The position numbers were made by a program, and so were the translations under genes. A stretch of DNA of 60,433 nucleotides, filler included, from Phoronis australis (Eukaryota > Animalia > Phoronida), in NCBI GenBank assembly GCA_002633005.1. It is 4 parts of 4 records of this genome, joined end to end, with 100 filler letters (N's around TTAATTAATTAA, not from the genome) between each part and the next. Parts side by side here need not be neighbours in the genome. Positions count along the whole stretch, not along the records: positions 36,037 to 60,433 come from NMRA01000125.1; 3 more parts are not named here. One strand, 5' to 3'. Of this stretch, positions 36,711-51,700 are shown piece by piece. Positions within the stretch are counted from its first letter, which is position 1. Every line of letters begins with the position of its first letter. A model generated the notes under the pieces. It was not told the DNA's origin and searched no databases. It saw only the letters and a program-made list of their open reading frames with translations.

Positions 36711-39700
36711 CTGTGGCAGAGTAATATTGAAAATAAATAGTTGGCAGAAGTGACAAACACATGACCTGTGGCAGACGATCAGTTTCAGCAATCACTTTCA
36801 CACAACTACTAAGTGATCTGCCCCAATACAGCAATGCAATAGGATGGTTCCAGACTACATATAGCGGCAATTGAATCTCAAGATATTTACCCACAACACT
36901 GCAGCACCTGTCAAGTGGTTCTATAGCCTTGGGTTCATGCTATTCGAGTTTTTCATGTTATTTGTTGGTGACATGCTATTTTAAAGTTTTTCTCAACTGC
37001 ATTTACTGTATTCATCTTTCTAATTTCAGCGACTTTTCACTGTAGCTGTGCTGTGGGGCTGCAACACAGACAAACTTAAGAAGTATTCATGTATGTGATA
37101 TTTTCCGACATGATTCCTAGAACCAGCCGTCATTTGTAAAATGAAGCCAACGTAACAACGCATTTTCCAACCTCCAGGACATATGAGATTTCTAAACGGG
37201 ACCTCCCTATTACTTTTTCAACACTACAAACTGATCTGTCCAATACAGCAATGCAATGCCTAGATATATTTTCACCTTCACAAAGGTTGAAACATAAAAG
37301 GTGCCAACTCCAAAACTGAGCTTTTGGTACAATTGTTTTTCAATACTTCATAACATTTTTCAGAAAGAAAAGTTTGTGACCACAAACATGTACGTGCACA
37401 CACGAATTAATCAAACCAATTTCAGCGAATGTAACTTTTGCTTACAGATAAGTCTGCAGTTTCTTTGGAAAAAACTCACCATCCCTGAATTGAATTCGTT
37501 CGAGATTCACATAGCAGATGTGTTTTAGAACAACAGTCATCCCAACCACTGTGCGCAATCAGAAAGTCAGATTTGCAAAAACTACACGGTGCAAAAAGAT
37601 TCATCGCACTTGCACGACCCAACATTGACTCACTTGCATATAAAAGTCTTCGTCAGAAAAAAACTTCTATTCTCAAATGATCAGCGTTTCAAATTTTTCT
37701 AAGAAATACAAGCAAAATGTTTCCGTAACAAAATCCTGGCATTCTGTATCTTCATATTTTCATCAAAAATCCATACAAATCTGTACTGGTATGCATTGCA
37801 TGTTTAAAAAAATCTGCCATGCAAGATGTGAAACAAAAAATCTCAGTACAGACACAAGACCCGCAGGGAGGCGATAGACTTAAGCGGTCACCCAACAATG
37901 GAATGACAAAAGTTCTAGACGAGTTCATACATTTGTTTTAATATCTACAATCAGGTGTACAAAGCATATGCGAAACTGGAATTTACCTGTCCGTCAGTTG
38001 CCTAGTAACCAGCAGTTTCTCACAAGGTGGCACGCAGTCAACCGATAGGGAGTACAGGTATGTCCTATCAACCACGACACAGGTGTGCCTGAGAAGAAAC
38101 AATTTCATAGTTCGAGTAATAAAGCCCATTCAAATAAAAAATAATTTATACCAACAATGACAAACTGAAACAGCATTTCCATGCAACAATGGATAACATT
38201 TTGTAGTCAGATTGGTCTGAACCTCTTCCGTCATCCGCTATCATCTACATAGGAACATATCTGCCACATTTCACAAAAATGAAGGAGATACTGTCGTGGA
38301 CACAAAAAACAAAACAAAACTGTCACTACAGGTCGCCACAGTAGTCAAACCTGTCAGAAAATCAGTTTCTGCTGCGGTCTTCTTGTTAGGAATACATTTG
38401 TCAATTTTCATAATGATTCCTTGAACACTTTGGCAGATAGGAAGGTAGACGTCAAAAATGTACTAAAAATTTTTAAAATTGCCACCAGGTGATGCAGAAT
38501 ACGTCACATCCGTTCGAAAACCTATATGCTACATTTCATCAAAATCTATTAAGGAACTCGAAAGATACAGAAGTAAATGTAAAAAAACTAAAACTGCCAC
38601 GAGGGGGCACACCTGCAGTCAAATTTGTCTGAAACTCGTCGCCATTCGTTATCATCTCCATAGGAACATGTCTGCCAAATTTCCTAAAAATCCTCCTAAG
38701 AGTTAAGGAGATACAGCCGTGGAAGCAAAAAAACAAAAAAATGCCACTAGGAGTAGCCAAAGTATTTGAACCCATCCGAAAATCAGTGTCAGCCGCAATC
38801 TTCTTATCAGGAACGCATCTGCCAGTTTTCAGCAATTAGGCCGCTAAGAAGGCGGACATCAAAAACATATTCAATTTTTTTCAAAATTGCCACCAAGTGG
38901 CACAGAATACGTCAAACCCGTCCAAAAACAGGGGGGAGTCATTGTCTCTTTAATAGAAACCTATCTACTAAATTTCATGCAAATCCATCTAGGAACTCCA
39001 AAGATGCAGGGGCTAACGTAAAAAAATTATAAAATTGCCACTAGGGGGCACAGCGGTAGTCGAATCGGTCCGAAACTCGCGGTCATCTGTCCTGAGCTTC
39101 ATAGAAACACATCTGTCAAATCTTATTATAATCTTCAAGGGGTTTAGGAGATATAGCCGCAGATACTGGATGCAAAGACAGAAATGAAGCCAATATGCAC
39201 CCACATATAAATATGTGGGTGCATAAAAAGGCAGGTACATTCAAAATAAATCAACAGGATCAATAAAATGACAAAATTTTGTACAATATAAATGTTCGAG
39301 ATAAAATCTCAAAAACAGCATTACAGTTTTCTAAATTGGCACTTCATTTTTGTTTTATGCATCTTTGAATTTTTTCCAAAAAAATCATGGATTGAAGTCC
39401 TATTTTTGATGTAAAAATGGAACATTTTAAAAACAATTTCTAACAGCATTTCGGAGAACCGTGTATGAAGCATAGAATCTGAACGTTTCCTGTACATCCA
39501 ATCAGCCATTTCTTAGACACAATGTTACGAAGTTGGCCAAAATTGGATACTTTCAAGGGTGATACATAACCTTCAGCCCTCAGACACAGCATCAGTGGCG
39601 TACGTCTTATAACATTTTGTTTTCAGAAAGGATCTCCGTAGCTCATAGCATCACAAGCATTAAATGTATTTGAAATACAATTCATAGTAAGCAGGATTTA

Positions 39701-42700
39701 TATAATTTCTAGAACTTTTGACCTTGAAAAAACACTTACTGTTTTGTTACAAGGATAGGAGTCTTCACATCTAGCCTAGAAAATGAAAAGATAACATAAA
39801 ACCATGGCAACAGAAGTTGACACATAAGTTAACTAAAAATTCACATATTTTAACTAAAGTCCCAAACAGAGCTCTGAAAATCACAATGTTTCAAAAACCT
39901 CAAAATTCTCTGGACTTTTGTCGGTTACTTCACAGTTTTGTACTTGAGGTACAGTTATGTAGTTTCTAACAGAAGTAACTCACGACGTTCATAAAGATCC
40001 ACTGTGTGCACTGCAAACGACAGATACAAGGGGGATCAATTTTTCAAACATTTTTACTCGAGTGAGCGACACTAGTAAGCTAAAATTTGCATGGGGAAAA
40101 TAATACGATGCCATCAACTTAACTACAAGCGAGCTAGCAAATTTCATTCACTCAAGTTACAAACCTTTCAAACTCCGGGTGGACACATATCTTCCATGTT
40201 CCAAGACACTGCAAGGAGTCACCAATTACCGACTGAAAAAGAAGTAAAATTATTAGTCATTGGCGGATGACAGTGAAGATTATAGGAATCCATTCATCAT
40301 TAACTACAATGTCTTCACACGCTAATTAACCAATTCATTAACATATAAATAAACTATGGTATGGTTCCCAACAATGCGTTTTTAATTTCCACAAGATTTT
40401 CAGAATTACTGTTATATCCAATGAGATTTCTAGGATATTAATCTCATTTTTCCATGCTTTTCCAGGATATTAATTTGATTCATTTTCCACAAGTTATCCA
40501 CAGTAAATCATTTGCAAGTTCCATGAGATATCTACCATATTACTTTCACTCTCCATGAGTATCGCAAGATATTACTTTCATTTCCCAAGAGTTTTCCTAA
40601 ACATTATATTCATTATCCATGAGTTTTCCAGGATTTACTTTCATTTTTTCCATGGTTTTCCAGGATATTAATTTGATTCATTTTCCAGGAGTTATCCATT
40701 TCCATGTTCCGTAAAATTTCAAGCATATTACATTCACTTTCCACGAGTATTCCAAGATATTACTTTCATTTCCCATGAGTTTTCCTAAACATTATTTTCA
40801 TTATCCATGAGTTTTCCAGGACACAATTTTCACTTCACAAGTTATATTCCACACTAAAAAGTAGACCCTCATGTAACTAGTCATTTTTGTTGAGAATATC
40901 TGAATGCATGAACTTTTTATCCATCTTCTTACCTTTCCCACAAGTTTCACAAATAAGTTCTTACCTTTTCATATATTTGTTGAGTTGCCTATGCACGCAA
41001 ACTATTTTTAATTGTCATTTTTTAGGTGTGTCATAAGTGGGAACTATATCATAATGTTTATGCCCGGTTTCCACTGAAATTCTGCAACTTAGCATGACTG
41101 TGAAAGAGTTACAGACTTCAGCAGCATGTTTCCAATTACTATGCGTGAATACTTACAGATGGTTTCAGCATGGTCGATTCTATGCTACTCTCCAGAGATT
41201 TCTGTACTTGCGTGAGAGACTTGTTCACCTCCGCTTTGTAGAACAACTTGCAACCTGAAAATGTATCATGCAAATTTTATAAAGGAGCACGAAAGAAACC
41301 TATGGATATTTCAAAAGACAGTGTTGAAAATTCACAACGCTTACACTCGACCAACTATTCTTTCTGTCAGGCTCATTTGTTTCCCTAAAATAGTCAATGT
41401 TTGGCATAGTCATGTTTTCAACGAGTTCTGTCTTTGCAAAAACAATGTTGTCAGAGAAAGAATTTATTGCACTTGATTGACGTTAATAGTAGAACAAAAC
41501 TTTACAACGGCAATAAACCCCCGTTAAGACCAAGAAGCGAATTTTTGATACAGACCCCTTATCAATATAAAATAGGTCTCCAAACTTGGTCATTATTCTG
41601 TAAGAATATGTTGAGCGCATAAAATGACACGTCACGACAAGGCAACAGGTGCAGCCTCAGTCTCATGCAATAATGAACTATCAGTTCTGTCCCAGCCGAC
41701 ATTACCTTCAATTTGACTAAGGAACAATTAGAGATTAATTATGGCAAGTGGTCTAAATCAAAAGTTGTTTTTGTGATGAAAGGTAAGTTTGTAATTGCTT
41801 TAATTAAGGTTGCGTATGACCTTATTGACAAGTCTTCGCATTTAGCCAAATATCTACACAAGTATAGAAATTCACTTTGTAAACACATATTTTTGGAAAG
41901 TACAAAGACACTTTGATTTTTAACACCTTACCAATCTGCTATTAATAGGGTCATGTGACTGCATCTTTTTAATAGTAAAATAGAAAACAAACTTCCATTC
42001 ACAGCAAAGCAACGGTATCAACAACATGACTAAATTTCTTTATTTGATATAAATGCTCAAAACAAATTCTCAAACGCTTTACAGTTTTTACATTATTGTT
42101 TCATTTCCGTATTAAGCAAATTTTGATTTCTTTCAAAAAAATTCTAGCCTCTCATGCAAAAGCTAAACATTTGAAAAGCAACTCCTAAAAGAATTTTGGA
42201 GAACTGTGCATATAGTATAGTATCAAAAATCAATCATTTTTGTTGAATACAACTCCTGATTTTTTTCACAGAAACCAAAGCAGTCCTATTTTGTGATATC
42301 CCTTATGCAAAATTTATACATTTAAAAAACAATTCCAAACAGCATTTTGAAGAACAGTGCATAGAAGATGCTATGTAACATTAAAATTGCTACAAAAATA
42401 ACTTCTGTCAAAACCTGATGTAGTCTACTTATCATTATAAAACAAGCCTCAACTTCTCCCTAATTGAGATAGAATAGAATTCTGTGCCTTGAAAAAACTA
42501 ACAGTTCGTTAACACTGGAGACCAAGCTTAACAATTTGGTGAATCATGTGATATGCCAAAAGTGAGTGTACCAGACAAGGGAAAGCTAAATAGGCATGCC
42601 AAAAGCTACAAACTCCAGTAGTTCCTCAAAAGTAAGCAATGTTTATTTTTTTTATAAAAATCATCTGATTTACTGCCAATTTAATTATCTGGTTTAGTGG

Positions 42701-45700
42701 CAATCATGTTTCGATATTGACTTTGATTTCTCTTTCTTCCGTCTTCCCCTTGATAATTCACCGTAATTTCTTAAATCTTTACTCATGAATCAACCCCTTT
42801 TATTTTTGTCACAAATTTCCTAATTTTCATCAGAGTCCCTTACAGTCAATAATCAGATTTTCAGTCTGCCATTTTCCCCTTACTTGAGCATTATCGGACA
42901 ACCACTTAAATTCATAATTCTTTTGTCAATTACTCTTGTTTTTTTCATTCAATTCCCTGACTGCACAAATCTATCATTCAATTCAATACAACTTTGATGA
43001 GATTCTGTTACTTTGTTAAAAACTTTTACCATCGAGCAGGCCAGATGGCACCACGTGCTTGCTCCACATGTCGTTCTTGTTGCTAGGTAACACCGTCAGG
43101 TCGGCATCTTTCAGGTACTGACCCACTTTCTCTAACTTGAACCCCGACTTGGTACCATCCATTTCCTGAAAACAGCACAGTGCTTTCTGACTGAGGGATA
43201 CTAAGGCTGAGGTTCACTTAATCCAAAATAAATTACTAGAATTATTAATTACTATTATTACCCAATTTTAACAAAATGCTGGAAGAAACAACAGTCAAGT
43301 TTTTGTTGAGATTTCGTCAAAATTGAAACAGGATTTCATGGAAATGAAATGGATATTTAATCGCCGTTTTGTGAGTCAAATCTTTTTTTGTCGAATTTTG
43401 ACACTGTCCAGTTCATTTTAAAAGCACTGTATTAGACGTTTTTGAACAAGATACACGTATTCTACTCATATATTGTGTCTTTTCCTGAGCTTGGTCTCTG
43501 TGAGCTGTATGCAACACATTAAGAGCCAGCAATTGGTTGATGCTTGGCTGAGAAGAGTGATACTGCTTGTATGGAAATTTACCTCCTGAACAAACCTGTC
43601 TGAACGTCAATAAAGGTGCGTAATCAAGACAATGGGGCTATTCGGAAAATTTACATTAACTAGAGGGCGCGCGTGTACTAGTGGTGATAGATTAGGCAGC
43701 CTCGATTTCACGAGCCCTTTAAATACATGGTGAAATGGCTTGCATCCGTGCCAACTGAATCTGAGATTGCGTGAAAAGGGTGCTTCTATGAGAGGAAGTA
43801 ATTACGACCTTGTACAAAGGTAAGATTTGTGATTATTTTAACGATTATTCCATGTTTATTCTTCTGATGCCTGTTAACTGAGGTACTATCCAATGTCGAC
43901 TTCGCGGCAGCCGCAAGTCCGGTTAATCTTTGTTTGTTGTGATGTGTGTTACGATACTTGACGTAGCACTCGGGATCTTTTTGTACATCAAAGCAGTATT
44001 ATTGTTTGGAATGATTTCTAACAGGTTTATCAGTGACAGTTACATCAATCAATGCTGAATGTTTATGCTGTCAACTCCATATTGGTTAGTAAGTTAAGAT
44101 TATATTACAAGCCCAATGGCAAAGGGTACGTGACAAATATGTGGCATCAGACTATTTGTTTACTCCCTATCCTATGTCTTCCGGAAATCTATTACACGTT
44201 GAAATGGAAATCTATCATGTCTGTTTTCACGTGGCCTTTGGTTTTCAGGTCTGAGGGCTTGTACCGTGCAGAGGAGATATTCATCGCTTCTGCACCATCT
44301 CTAAATGGACAAAAATTGGTTTTAAGCATTTGACTGCACCTAACCAGCAAGATCTTCCCATCCAGTGCAGATATGTTGTCAAAGCCTACTTTCTATATCG
44401 GAGACAACGAACAAAGCGTTTGAAAAGGAACAGCTATTTTTAAAGAAAGGTATGTAAGTCGTTTTTTTAAATCAATTAATCAGGTGCTTAGCGTGGGGAT
44501 TGGCATAGGGGGTTGGGATTGTAAAATTTGGTACAACTGAATGTGTGGAAATAACAGGTAATACATGTCTGGGGGAAAGAGCATGGTGAGGCAATTCTTA
44601 ACCTTCATGAAGTTCCTTGAAGTTTATTTCATGAAACTGTTTTGCTATCAATTGTAAACCCATAAAAATATATTACATTTTCTGAATTCTTAGTGACTGA
44701 ATAGTCTTAACTCATGCCTTGAAATGTTGCAACTCGTTTATAAAATCAAATGACTGCCATTTTTGTGAAAATTGCATTTTTGATGGTGCCTTACGACTTG
44801 TAATTACTCTTAAACAACAGAAAGATTATCATTTTCAAATGACCCAAGTCTTCATATCTTCTATTAGAGGAAAACTAAAAAGTCTGAGAAACGGTTCCCT
44901 CAGCCTTAGACTAGAAGTATGCTTGACAGACCAATGAACCTGTAATCGGAGTTTAAAATTGCTGTAAGTATCAAAAATAAAAAGGCTTGAAAATGGGTAA
45001 CAAAGGTTTGAAGTTGTCTCAAAAAACTTGCATATTTTGCAGACAAGTGATGCATTTATAAAATTGTTATGGCTACAAATGAAAAATAAAGACGAAGTTT
45101 TATACAATACTTATTATATACACCCTTGCTTTCTGAAAATAATAATTATTTAATTTTGTGTGAAATTGTAGAGCAATCACCATATATTTTTGAAAAACAG
45201 GGGTAGCATTTTTTGACCCAACCTGGAGTACTTAATTATTCATATTTCAATATTTGTTCCAGGTTCAGTGACATTTTAAGGCCACTTCAAGCCGCAACAT
45301 AGACAAGGTTTGTTACTCCTTTCTCTTCTCACATCATTTCCACACACCTGCAATGCTGCATGGCACAATGTACAAGTTAGTGGCCCTGGAGAAATGTGAA
45401 TCGCAGTACTAACTTACCATATTATAAGACAATGTGCCAGTGGATTGTTTGTGTATGAAGAGGAACTATATCTGACTGTTACACAAGTCAGCCTAGTTGG
45501 TGAGGATGCCCTTTCATAGGCAATGAGTCGTGTGAAGAATATTTCCTTTCCAGGAAGAAACTTGACTGCAGCTAAAGAAAACCTAGTGACACTTGGTCTA
45601 GTTCAGGGTCAAATTTTGGGCACAAAACGAGTCAAGTGATATGCTGTTATATTTACCTTCAAGGATCTAATTGTGGATGTTATTGAAGCTGAATGAGGTT

Positions 45701-48700
45701 ACATGAAGGAAAGCCACGTGCCGATACCGGACCTTTTCTTACAAGCGCGTCTATAGGCCAGTGAAATGAAAAGCAAAAGCATCTGGTATAAATACCTGTC
45801 CTTTCTCACTGAGTGACATTAAATTTTCCTTTCAGAAGAAAGGCGTTATATTAATGGTAAAAACTTTTCAATTTGGTACACACTATGGGGAAATGACGTT
45901 CAGTGACTGTATCGATGGTCTTATTGTCAATAGAAAGCCCATTAATGTTACACTTTGATGATCGAATAAATCTTTCATCAACAGGCAAGTTTGTCACCAA
46001 TTATTGAAATCACAATATTTCTTGTTTTAAAGCCCCATACAGTGCAGTTATGTTTATTCTTTATAAAGCTGAAATGATTACCGAATACACTTGCAAATTG
46101 TGATATTTCTGTGGACCTATAGCAATGTGCAGCAATCAAAATGAAGTATTCCCCTTTGTTTACATTTGATTTGTTTGTGTGTGTAATTATTTTTAGAGCT
46201 TTCTTAAGAAGGCCTTTGAACAATTTTAAGTTTTGTGTTAACTTGTCTACATGCAAGAAAAGTATGTTTTTAATTGTAGCTAGCTGGATAAGAATCTGCT
46301 ATGCTTAAGATTCGAGAATAAATAATCATCAGTGTATTTAAAAACAAAATGGCAAACTGAACAACAACATACATACACAGAAACATTGTTAAAACAATTG
46401 TAATTTTTCCGTAATCAGGCATATCAAGGGTTGAATTTCTGAATTAGGTTCAATTCCCTCAGGTTATTGCTGAAGGATTGCTTTTCACTTTGTCCAAAGG
46501 TAAAATAGACGGCCAGGCGGCTGGTTTCAGTCGTTTTCTCTCACATGTAACTGAATAGTCAGAGAAATTGCATTGTCGGATAACCAGGCAGACACGAGGT
46601 ACGAAAGGGAATTGGGGACAGAATGATAGTGTTTAATGGGTGCACAATTCAAGATCCCAATGTAAAATTACTATTTTTCCCTTTCAACCCACAAACAGCG
46701 AAAGGTGCCGTGTGACTCGTACTTATTCATAATTACTAGCGATCATTTTTACTAGCAATCATTTTTACTTGCGATTCAATTTACTAGCGATCATTTTACT
46801 AGTGACCATTTTACTAGCGATCATTTTACTAGTGATCATTTTACTAGTGACCATTTTACTAGCGATCATTTTACTAACGATTTATGCGTGGCGAAGAAGT
46901 TTCCCCGTCACGATTAGATGTGTGGCGGTCAATTTGAGTATAATTAACAAGTGGTGGGGCCAAAAAGGAGCGTGGCGGGCCGCCAGAAGTTTACACCCTG
47001 AAAGCAAATCTCGAAACTGGTCGAAACCGGTCGGAACTTGCTGAAACCAAGACAAAAGGTATATACAATTCAACTTTACCTCAGTGAAATTGTCCTTGAG
47101 AAACTCTGCCACAAAACTGACATCTTGCTGTGTCATCTGCAAATATTCATATTGACCATCAAATGAAATGACACTTTGAACAAAACGAGAGCAGAGTGTT
47201 GATATATGTCCACCGTGTGCATGGTATATATCGCAGATACAAGCCGGATGTTCGCTATTATAAACATTACCACTAAAAAGACCAACACTAAATAATAAAC
47301 ATAAAACAGCCACTAGGGGTGCTTAGCAAGTCAGCAAATCTCTCCCCAATAGGAACAGACCTGCTAAAATCGCAAAAAAATAAAAATGGCACTAGAGAGC
47401 ACAGTAGTATAGTCAGACATGTCCATAAGTCATTGTCACCCAATGTCATGTTCTTAGAAATACAATTGTCAAATACATTATAAGCAAATATCCAGTGGTA
47501 GAGAGTGATGTGACACCAACATGTGAACCAAATGACCAGTGCATGAGTGATATTCCAAATTGTTTTCTACTTGACCTCATATTAACTTGCTTAAGATACA
47601 AAACAGCCAGGATCATGCAGCAACAGCTCCACCTATAGTCAAGTGCTATGATATTCTCTAAAGGACTGCTCATTACACAACTTTTAATGTGACATCTCAT
47701 GCCAATTCTTGCGAAATATGTAGTCATCATTTCGAAGCACCGCCTGCCATTTACATGGAATATAAACAGTGTGGTTTAACTGTAACTTTTTTATATAAGA
47801 TTAAGGTCTCAAAATGCTTGTGCTGTGAGACATTCAGGTGACTATCTGAATGACAAATCTGTCCCTCAAATACAACTTGCGAAGTGGTTGTGCAGAAATT
47901 GCTTTTGTCCACGGACTACACATAAGAGCTCTATGTCGCTTAAATGCCATTCAAAAGTGACCACTCCATCATCCCATATTGTTCTGTGCCATCAAGTACT
48001 GTGCTAAGTACTGGGCTCTGTGTAGCCCTTCAAGTTACTCCTAACTACTGGGCTCTGTGTAGCCCTTCAGGCCTTATTTACTGTATCACAATAAAAGTTC
48101 CTCAAATCCAAATTAAATTTAACTTGTTAAATGCATTTATCGTCATTATTTTGACACTTGTCTCTTTATTTTGAGACCAGTACTTAGGGTTTATTTTGCA
48201 TTACTCATCTCTGTTTATAGCCTCAAGGGCCTACTTTTGTATTCATACGTTTCTCTACGCGACTCCTGATTGGTCACCCATATTTCCTTTGTTCAGTTCA
48301 ACGTGGTCTCTCATTCAGCCACCTACCTCGTCGTCTACAAAAGACCTACGTTCGTTCTCTTCATTTTTTCCCCACCCCCCATCCCGGGTGTCGGTTCCAC
48401 TTTCTCTTTGCTCATATACATTTCCTGTTAGGTTTTTTCAAGTTTTGTGTTCATGTTCTGTACTTTTCCTTTAAGCCCTTCAGGCAGTTCTTTTGTTTTG
48501 TTCCCTCTTTCAGGGCTATTCATTGTACACGCCGGTGGGCGTTTTGTCCATGCCCATCTTGCAGAGTCTTAGTTAGTTTTATCTATTTACATCATAATAA
48601 ATGACAATATTCGCAATCCTCCTCTTGTTTTACTTTGCAACATAGCTCGTGGCGTACCCCGGGCAAAATAGATTACGATAAATAAAAATAATTGCCGAAA

Positions 48701-51700
48701 TTGGTACCTTTCGATTTTTCAAAAGCTCACTACATTTGTTAACATACTAAAAGTTTATTACAAGTCTGCTGTTGACAACCGTACAACATAACGTATGCAA
48801 ATAATGAAGTAAAGTTTTCTTTCTCTTAAATTTTGATAAAATAAAATTTCCCTGCCTGGCCATGTTGTTTTACTTAATTGAAGAAACATTACTGTATACT
48901 AATAAGTGCATAATATACAAGAAAAAATGTGTCAGATAATACACACCTTGCTCAATTCAGCTGGGATGGGCTCTTCAGACAGTTTTTGTATTTCGACATA
49001 CAACCATCGAAAGAAGGCCTTGAAATTCTTCATACTTCGATCAATTACTCTGAAGGAAATGGACAGTGGTCACCACAAAAAGTTTTCACGACAACATTAA
49101 GTCCAAATATAACGACAGCGATTCAGCCGTGTTGGTGCATTGCAAACAATATGCTATGGTGCTTAAGTTTCATGTAATGGAGTGAAACAATTAGTAAATT
49201 ACTTGGCCACCAAAAGGTGCTGCAATAGTCGAAACAAAAATCAAAACACTGCAGCAATTTTACATGAAATTAAAAAGTTTCCTTAAAATCGCTTGAGAAA
49301 TTTTCAAAATTTTCAAGAAATGAAAATGACCCACAGGGTGTTGCAATAGTCATCAGAAATTCACGGATGCCATCACAGCAAAAACAAACATGGTCTACAG
49401 AGATTCACATTTCACGTACTACAATAATCCTAAACGGTGATTTTAATTTTCAAGTGCGCTTCTTCAAATTTGTTGAAAACAAACAATAATGATACAATAA
49501 CACCTACTACATCTACCAATAATAACCACATGGTCTTTCGGCTGTTTAAACTCAATAAAACACAACTGCCCTCCTCCCCCCAAATGGTACTCACAGTTGG
49601 AGTTCGCTGGCCTTGAGAATGAGGCTACCAGCAGCAGATCGAGCATCCTCGACAAGCTGTGTCTGTAGTCCAAGTACGCCGAATCGCTCGAACCAGCAAG
49701 ACATGGCTTGAAGGTCATTGAGGTGATAAAAGATGGACTGTGCTACTCTGCAACAAATACAAAATGTCAACTTACTACAAAACACTGTTTCTACTTTACA
49801 CTTACTTATCATCTCACTACTTTAAAGTGAAAGCACGAAATATGACATTAAAAACATCAACTTTCATCAAAAGGATATTTCCTTTTCCAAAGGAAGGTCA
49901 ATAAATACTTAATCTTTGTTTGAATTGAAATTGTAATGATTACAATAAATCGCATAGAATTCCCGTACTGCCAAAGCGACTGAAACTAACTCACAATGAT
50001 AAACAACTTAAAGAACCTGCATCTGAAGCAACACCCCACACCATGCAACAAATATATCCGAGAACTGATTAGACACTTCTGTGTGTGCAACTGGGCAAGT
50101 GCATTGCTGGTAATTACTTCCGCTTTGCCTGTAAATTAGTGTTCACACTTCGACTTGCACGGGTGAACAAGTTACCCTACCTCGATAAGGTGGGGCAAGT
50201 TGCCACACAGAACTGAAATGAAGCTCCAAAGGTTTTAAAAATAATAGTCCATCAAGTACTAAATAAACTGAACCCGTGAACTCTCCAGGGATTTAGTGTT
50301 AACAGCAAGGCCACTGAACACTTGTGAAGCTGGCAAGATCAAGCATCCTCTGGTCACACAATACCCACTACAGCTAAACATGCACGGATGTGACTTTTCA
50401 CACTGTTCTACTTACACCTGCAGATGCTTCAAGACAAGTTGCTGAATGTTGGAATAGGACGTGTCCAAAGAATGGCCAAGTTTCTTTAAACCCTGCAATA
50501 AACAGAAATATCTGGGCTCAAGAATGTTTGCATTCGAAATTGAACTCCAAATTATTTTTGACATTTTCTGCTCCACTTTCATGCAAATTGGAGATAAGTG
50601 TCCATTAGTCTGTACTCAAGTACATTATGGTTTAGGTGGATGACTGTCTGATACTAGTGTGCAATTGATGACCCCAACATTAAGGCAAAAAGATAAAGGC
50701 TGAACTCGAACTTTCATGCTTTTAGCAGAGTTTATAGCTTGAATCTAACAGTCATCAAATGCGATCTCCACAGTAGTCATCTAATCACTTTTTAAGTGGC
50801 GGTCATAACAGGCAACTGTGTTCTCACACACAATAACTACATTAAATTTTACACATTTACAAAGCTGGACAAACATTTTGAAAGATCACATCATTCATTA
50901 ACACCTATACGATAAAATTCCTCCAGTTATGGCAAAATCTCACCAATTTTGGACAAAAACGGCAGTCGCAGGCTTCTGACATTGTTGCAAATGCCTGCAA
51001 TTTTCAAAACATTGTCCGAGAATAGTTAACAGCATAAAACTTAAAACATGACAAGCTATTTATTTGGTGCCACTTATATCTTAAGGAAAAATGCACATCC
51101 ACCTATCCGCCATATCTTATCCAAACACAAAACAACTTGCCTTGTTTGTTAACTCATGAAGCAGGAACATCTTCAGCTCATCACTACAACAAGAACAGAA
51201 ATTTAACTTTCAAATCACAACGCATGGAAAATATCTAAACAAACCTCTCGTGACAAATGTTTGCAGAATCTTATTTAAACATTAATTCAATCTGATCCTT
51301 TTAGGGTATTTCCAAAAATGTCAATTAATCGGTTATAATAAAAGAATACGTTAGAATAAATAGTAAACAAACCTAGGAGTTCCAAACATAAGCAGCTCCA
51401 AAAAGTCTGTGCTGACACTTCCAGAACATAATTTCTGAAACAAACGATGACAAGAATCCCAGCATTTCAAAAGAACACACATACTCTCAGGACAAATGAC
51501 CAAGTAGACACAGTGTACGTAAGGATATTGCAGTAAAGATTGTTAGCTATCATACTGGGGTGAACTACAGTCGGAACCAACCAAACCGAGAGTGTGTGCT
51601 TCCTTGACTCAAGGTTGTGGGTTTGAGTCCCACTGGGGCACACTGCTGGACCTCGAGTCAGGTATCTAGCTCCTCAACTCGATTTCAACTACATATTAAT

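Noticed and set aside
46769-47044. Hydrophobic (LLAII)n ORF resembling a membrane peptide
   Set aside because: Translation of a 15-bp minisatellite in an ANAPC4 intron.
47985-48660. Possible LTR or DIRS terminal repeat (CCAAT, AATAAA, pyrimidine-rich)
   Set aside because: No matching termini or TSD could be defined.
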